From positions 11,718,001 through 11,782,000 of the forward strand of contig NC_087246.1 in assembly GCF_037042905.1 (NCBI RefSeq): DNA of 64,000 bases. The letters are read 5' to 3'. Shown here one piece after another: positions 63,826 through 64,000 of the stretch. Positions within the stretch are counted from its first letter, which is position 1. Every line of letters starts with the position of its first letter. The position numbers were made by a program, and so were the translations under genes. The notes under the pieces were generated by a model that saw only the letters and a program-made list of their open reading frames with translations, ran no database searches and was not told the origin of the DNA. This DNA is from Lytechinus pictus. Lineage: Eukaryota.

Positions 63826-64000
63826 CGGCGCCCCCCTATATATTCTTTTTTATTTTATATACGTACATGATTTAAAAAAAAACCTCAGATAACGGTAAAA
63901 GCCATTGATCTTATCTCTGTATGCCTATATATAACGACGTAAACCGGGACGTATCTTCCCTTTTTTTTTTTATAGAAAGAGTGGGTCAGTGTATGAAAAA

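Overview
AT-rich, intron- and repeat-rich animal genomic DNA. The repeat families and gene set suggest a marine invertebrate, probably a sea urchin (inference). Three host loci were reconstructed by hand from GT-AG boundaries and exon phases. (1) The 5' part of a minus-strand BICD-related dynein adaptor gene, which runs off the left edge. (2) A complete plus-strand 11-exon gene for a secreted ~590-aa CAP(SCP/CRISP)-CUB-CUB protein. (3) A minus-strand locus whose upstream exons, rich in SUMO-type motifs, can splice in phase to either of two 3' modules: a ~14-finger C2H2 terminal exon, or a 2.3-kb exon encoding an apparently catalytically dead Crypton-like tyrosine recombinase followed by a Myb/SANT-like tail. 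The two acceptors are near-identical in sequence. Locus 3 is the best candidate for an undescribed system: a domesticated recombinase used as a switchable C-terminus. A second strong oddity is a fully paired tRNA cloverleaf with a UCA (opal-reading) anticodon and a Pol III terminator. It lies in a terminally redundant 407-bp unit next to a hammerhead-like inverted repeat in a (TA)n tract. Mobile elements include an intact DD34E Tc1, a 5'-truncated LINE, a 1.46-kb foldback, Helentron/pearl-like elements and many MITEs. All family assignments come from motif recognition, not database searches.
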